Translations under genes and position numbers: made by a program | Assembly (NCBI GenBank): GCA_965202585.1 | Contig: OZ241833.1 | Coordinates: forward strand, 13,144,001 to 13,208,000 | Origin: Thalia democratica | Lineage: Eukaryota | Direction: 5' to 3' | Length of the DNA: 64,000 nucleotides | In this document: piece after piece, positions 61,801 to 64,000 of the stretch | Position numbering within the stretch: the stretch's first letter is position 1 | Layout: each line of letters opens with the position of its first letter | Notes under the pieces: model-generated | The model's input: only the letters and a program-made list of their open reading frames with translations | The model's database searches: none | What the model was told of the DNA's origin: nothing

Positions 61801-62221
61801 TGTATAAGTTGTGTCATTAATACTTTTAATCTTCTGTTTAATTGAACTGAATTATAGTGAATTTATTAAACCCGTTTCCTAACAAAAAGTATTTTGTTTT
61901 TGTTTCAATCAATAAATAAACTTGTAATAATTAAAACCAAACCTTTTAGTAGACGTAATAATTTACTCTTTTCGATTATAAAAGTAGAACAAGTAAAAAT
62001 ACTTACATGCTTTAATAAAACTATAGTATAATTTTAGCGTAAATTACCTTTTCAAGCTTTATCGAAGAAAAAAAATGATATGGAAAATATATAATTTTCC
62101 AGTGCATAACTTATTTAAAAAATATAACAAAACACATTTCATTTTTTTTTAAATTTATTTGAGCACTTTTAAGTAAGTTTTTTCAAAAATTCTATCTTAC
62201 TAAATTAAACTGAATTGAAAT

Positions 62222-63194
62222 GGGTAGGACTTTTTATGGGCACTATTTTGTGGGTAGAATTGCTGCAATTAAATCTGCCCATAATTTGATGTGAAGTCAT
62301 TATTTTGTATTTAAAAAATTACACAAAAAAGTTACTAAAATACGTTACGCTTAAAAGTTAATTGAACAATTTACAAATTTTCTTTTTCTTTTCTAATGCT
62401 ACATTAAATGTAAAAACTACTGCTAGTTTATAGGGCTTTAATATTGTAAACATACAAGAAAAAACGTCTCGGTTTATGAGAAATAGACTCGGTTTGTGAC
62501 TTTTTTAAAATAAATACAATTAAACGTATGAAAATCATTATCTATCCTATGTTTTGCTTGTCAAAACACACTTGACCAGTTAATAAAATGATTAAAGGCA
62601 TATATGTGTTTAGGTAAACTGAAATAAGGAATAATTAAACAAATTAGTTTTAAACTAATTTTAAAGAGATTACTCGCATTTAAAAAGAAAAACTTAGTAA
62701 TTTTTTAAAATATTGTAAGCTGTTTGATATATTAATTTAATTAATACTTAAAAGTAGCCATTAGTGTTCTTAAATTTATTGTTTACCAAAATTTATCATT
62801 GCTCTTATTTGAAAGCTTAAGTTAAATTTTAAAGTTATTCAATTATAATTATTACATTTTGTTATACTGTTAATTATAAATTTGATTTAAAAGTTATCTT
62901 TAGTTGTATACAAACTATATATCTACTTTAATTTTACTTGATAAAAAAATAAATAAAAACAGTTTCGTATTTTTTAGTTTATTATTTTAAGTCATGTTAA
63001 CTTTTTCACATAAACTAAAATAAATAAAAATTTCGTTATATACACCTAAATGTATAAGATTCACGCTTTGTTATAAAACATCAAATAAAGTTCATAATTT
63101 ATCTTTAGTATGTAAAACAACCAAATATACTTTAAAAAATATGTTCTACCCACAAAGTAGTGCCCGTAAAATGGTACCCATAAAAAGCCTTACC
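62222..63194. mobile_element. Old TIR element (GGTAGGACTTTTTATGGGCAC... termini), non-autonomous
   Basis: Inverted similarity between 62222-62262 and 63143-63194; no clear TSD and no ORF. Confidence 0.55.
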
Positions 63195-63229
63195 GAAAAT
63201 TGACTAAATGTTTCACCATACTTTAATCT

Positions 63230-63990
63230 CGTTGCTATCTTGAAGGCGAGTTGAAAATACTTAAAAATACTTTCCTTTTCCTTGGTTATCCAAGTAACTT
63301 AGTTTTTTAAGTTATAACAAGAGCAAGAAGTTCAACAGCTTTAAAAATGATTGGCCCTCAGAAGTGTCCAGAATTACCTTGGAAATATTTCTGAGAGGTT
63401 TTCTAAGGAAGTAAACAAGGTTTTCGGCTCTGTTCGTTCAAGAACAACTTTGTATACTGACCGACCTCTAAGTGGACTTACAAAGATTCTTCCACCAAAG
63501 AAAAAAGTAACACCCTCTATAAATTCATTGTCACTGTGGTAGTGACTACGTGGGAAAATCATCTCAAAGGTTTCACGTAAGAATCGATCAACATGTTCCA
63601 ACACTCTTAAAAAGTTAGTTTGATGGTCGTTCGGAGAAACCTGCATGAAAATATTTCTCTGCGATTGGACAACATTTGTTAGAAAATCATGGGTGTGCGA
63701 ATAGTTATAAAGAAGAGAACTTTTCAGTTTTAGTGAGAGCGGAGAACTCTTTTCAGCTAAATATTTTGGAAGCCTTATGCATTCAATCTAAAAGGCCCAA
63801 TTTATGTAAGCAGAAAAAGTTCGTATATCAAACTAGACTTTTTAAATCCTTACATAAATTAACCTTAAAGTAATTGGTTCCTTAAATTTCAAAAAAGTTT
63901 AGTTTTATTACTGTTAGTTTTTATCGATGGTTTATTTTAGTTTGATTTTAATGTAACAAGTTTTATTAGTACAGCAAAGTTCTTTAGTAT
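63230..63990 (+). mobile_element. 5'-truncated, frameshifted Penelope-like retroelement (end of RT region + GIY-YIG endonuclease)
   Basis: Fragments ELKILKNTFLFLGYP, GPQKC..LP, KSNTLYKF..CGSDYVGKSSQRFHVRIDQH and SAIGQHLLEN...LEALCIQSKRPNLCKQK across frames. Confidence 0.85.
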
Positions 63991-64000
63991 TAGCATTAAT

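Overview
Very AT-rich, transposon-littered nuclear DNA from a metazoan (spliceosomal introns; taxon cannot be fixed from the sequence, but a marine or freshwater invertebrate is plausible). I reconstructed three protein-coding genes by hand, with all splice phases matching. (1) An 8-exon epoxide hydrolase 3/4-like alpha/beta hydrolase (+, 3785-13453, 358 aa, one GC-AG intron). (2) A 2-exon LRRC34 orthologue (+, 29753-37462, 437 aa), whose single coding intron holds a four-layer nest of transposons. (3) A giant secreted protein (-, 58886-38793, 7 coding exons, 4927 aa): signal peptide, three trefoil (P-type) domains each carrying an extra cysteine, then 83 thrombospondin-type-1 (TSR)-like modules. 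In it 42 canonical TSRs strictly alternate with 41 divergent TSR-like modules, almost all encoded in one 13,862-nt exon with two homogenised blocks of a 672-bp higher-order repeat. This gene is the most striking object in the window. The rest is mobile DNA: a head-to-head Penelope GIY-YIG palindrome in an intron, a 4.7-kb foldback/Mutator-like element with inverted 15-16-bp tandem arrays, a decayed Buster/Charlie-type hAT, several hAT, Mutator-like and Kolobok-like MITEs, and one TIR insertion with an unusual 18-bp target-site duplication. I found no rRNA, tRNA or CRISPR array.
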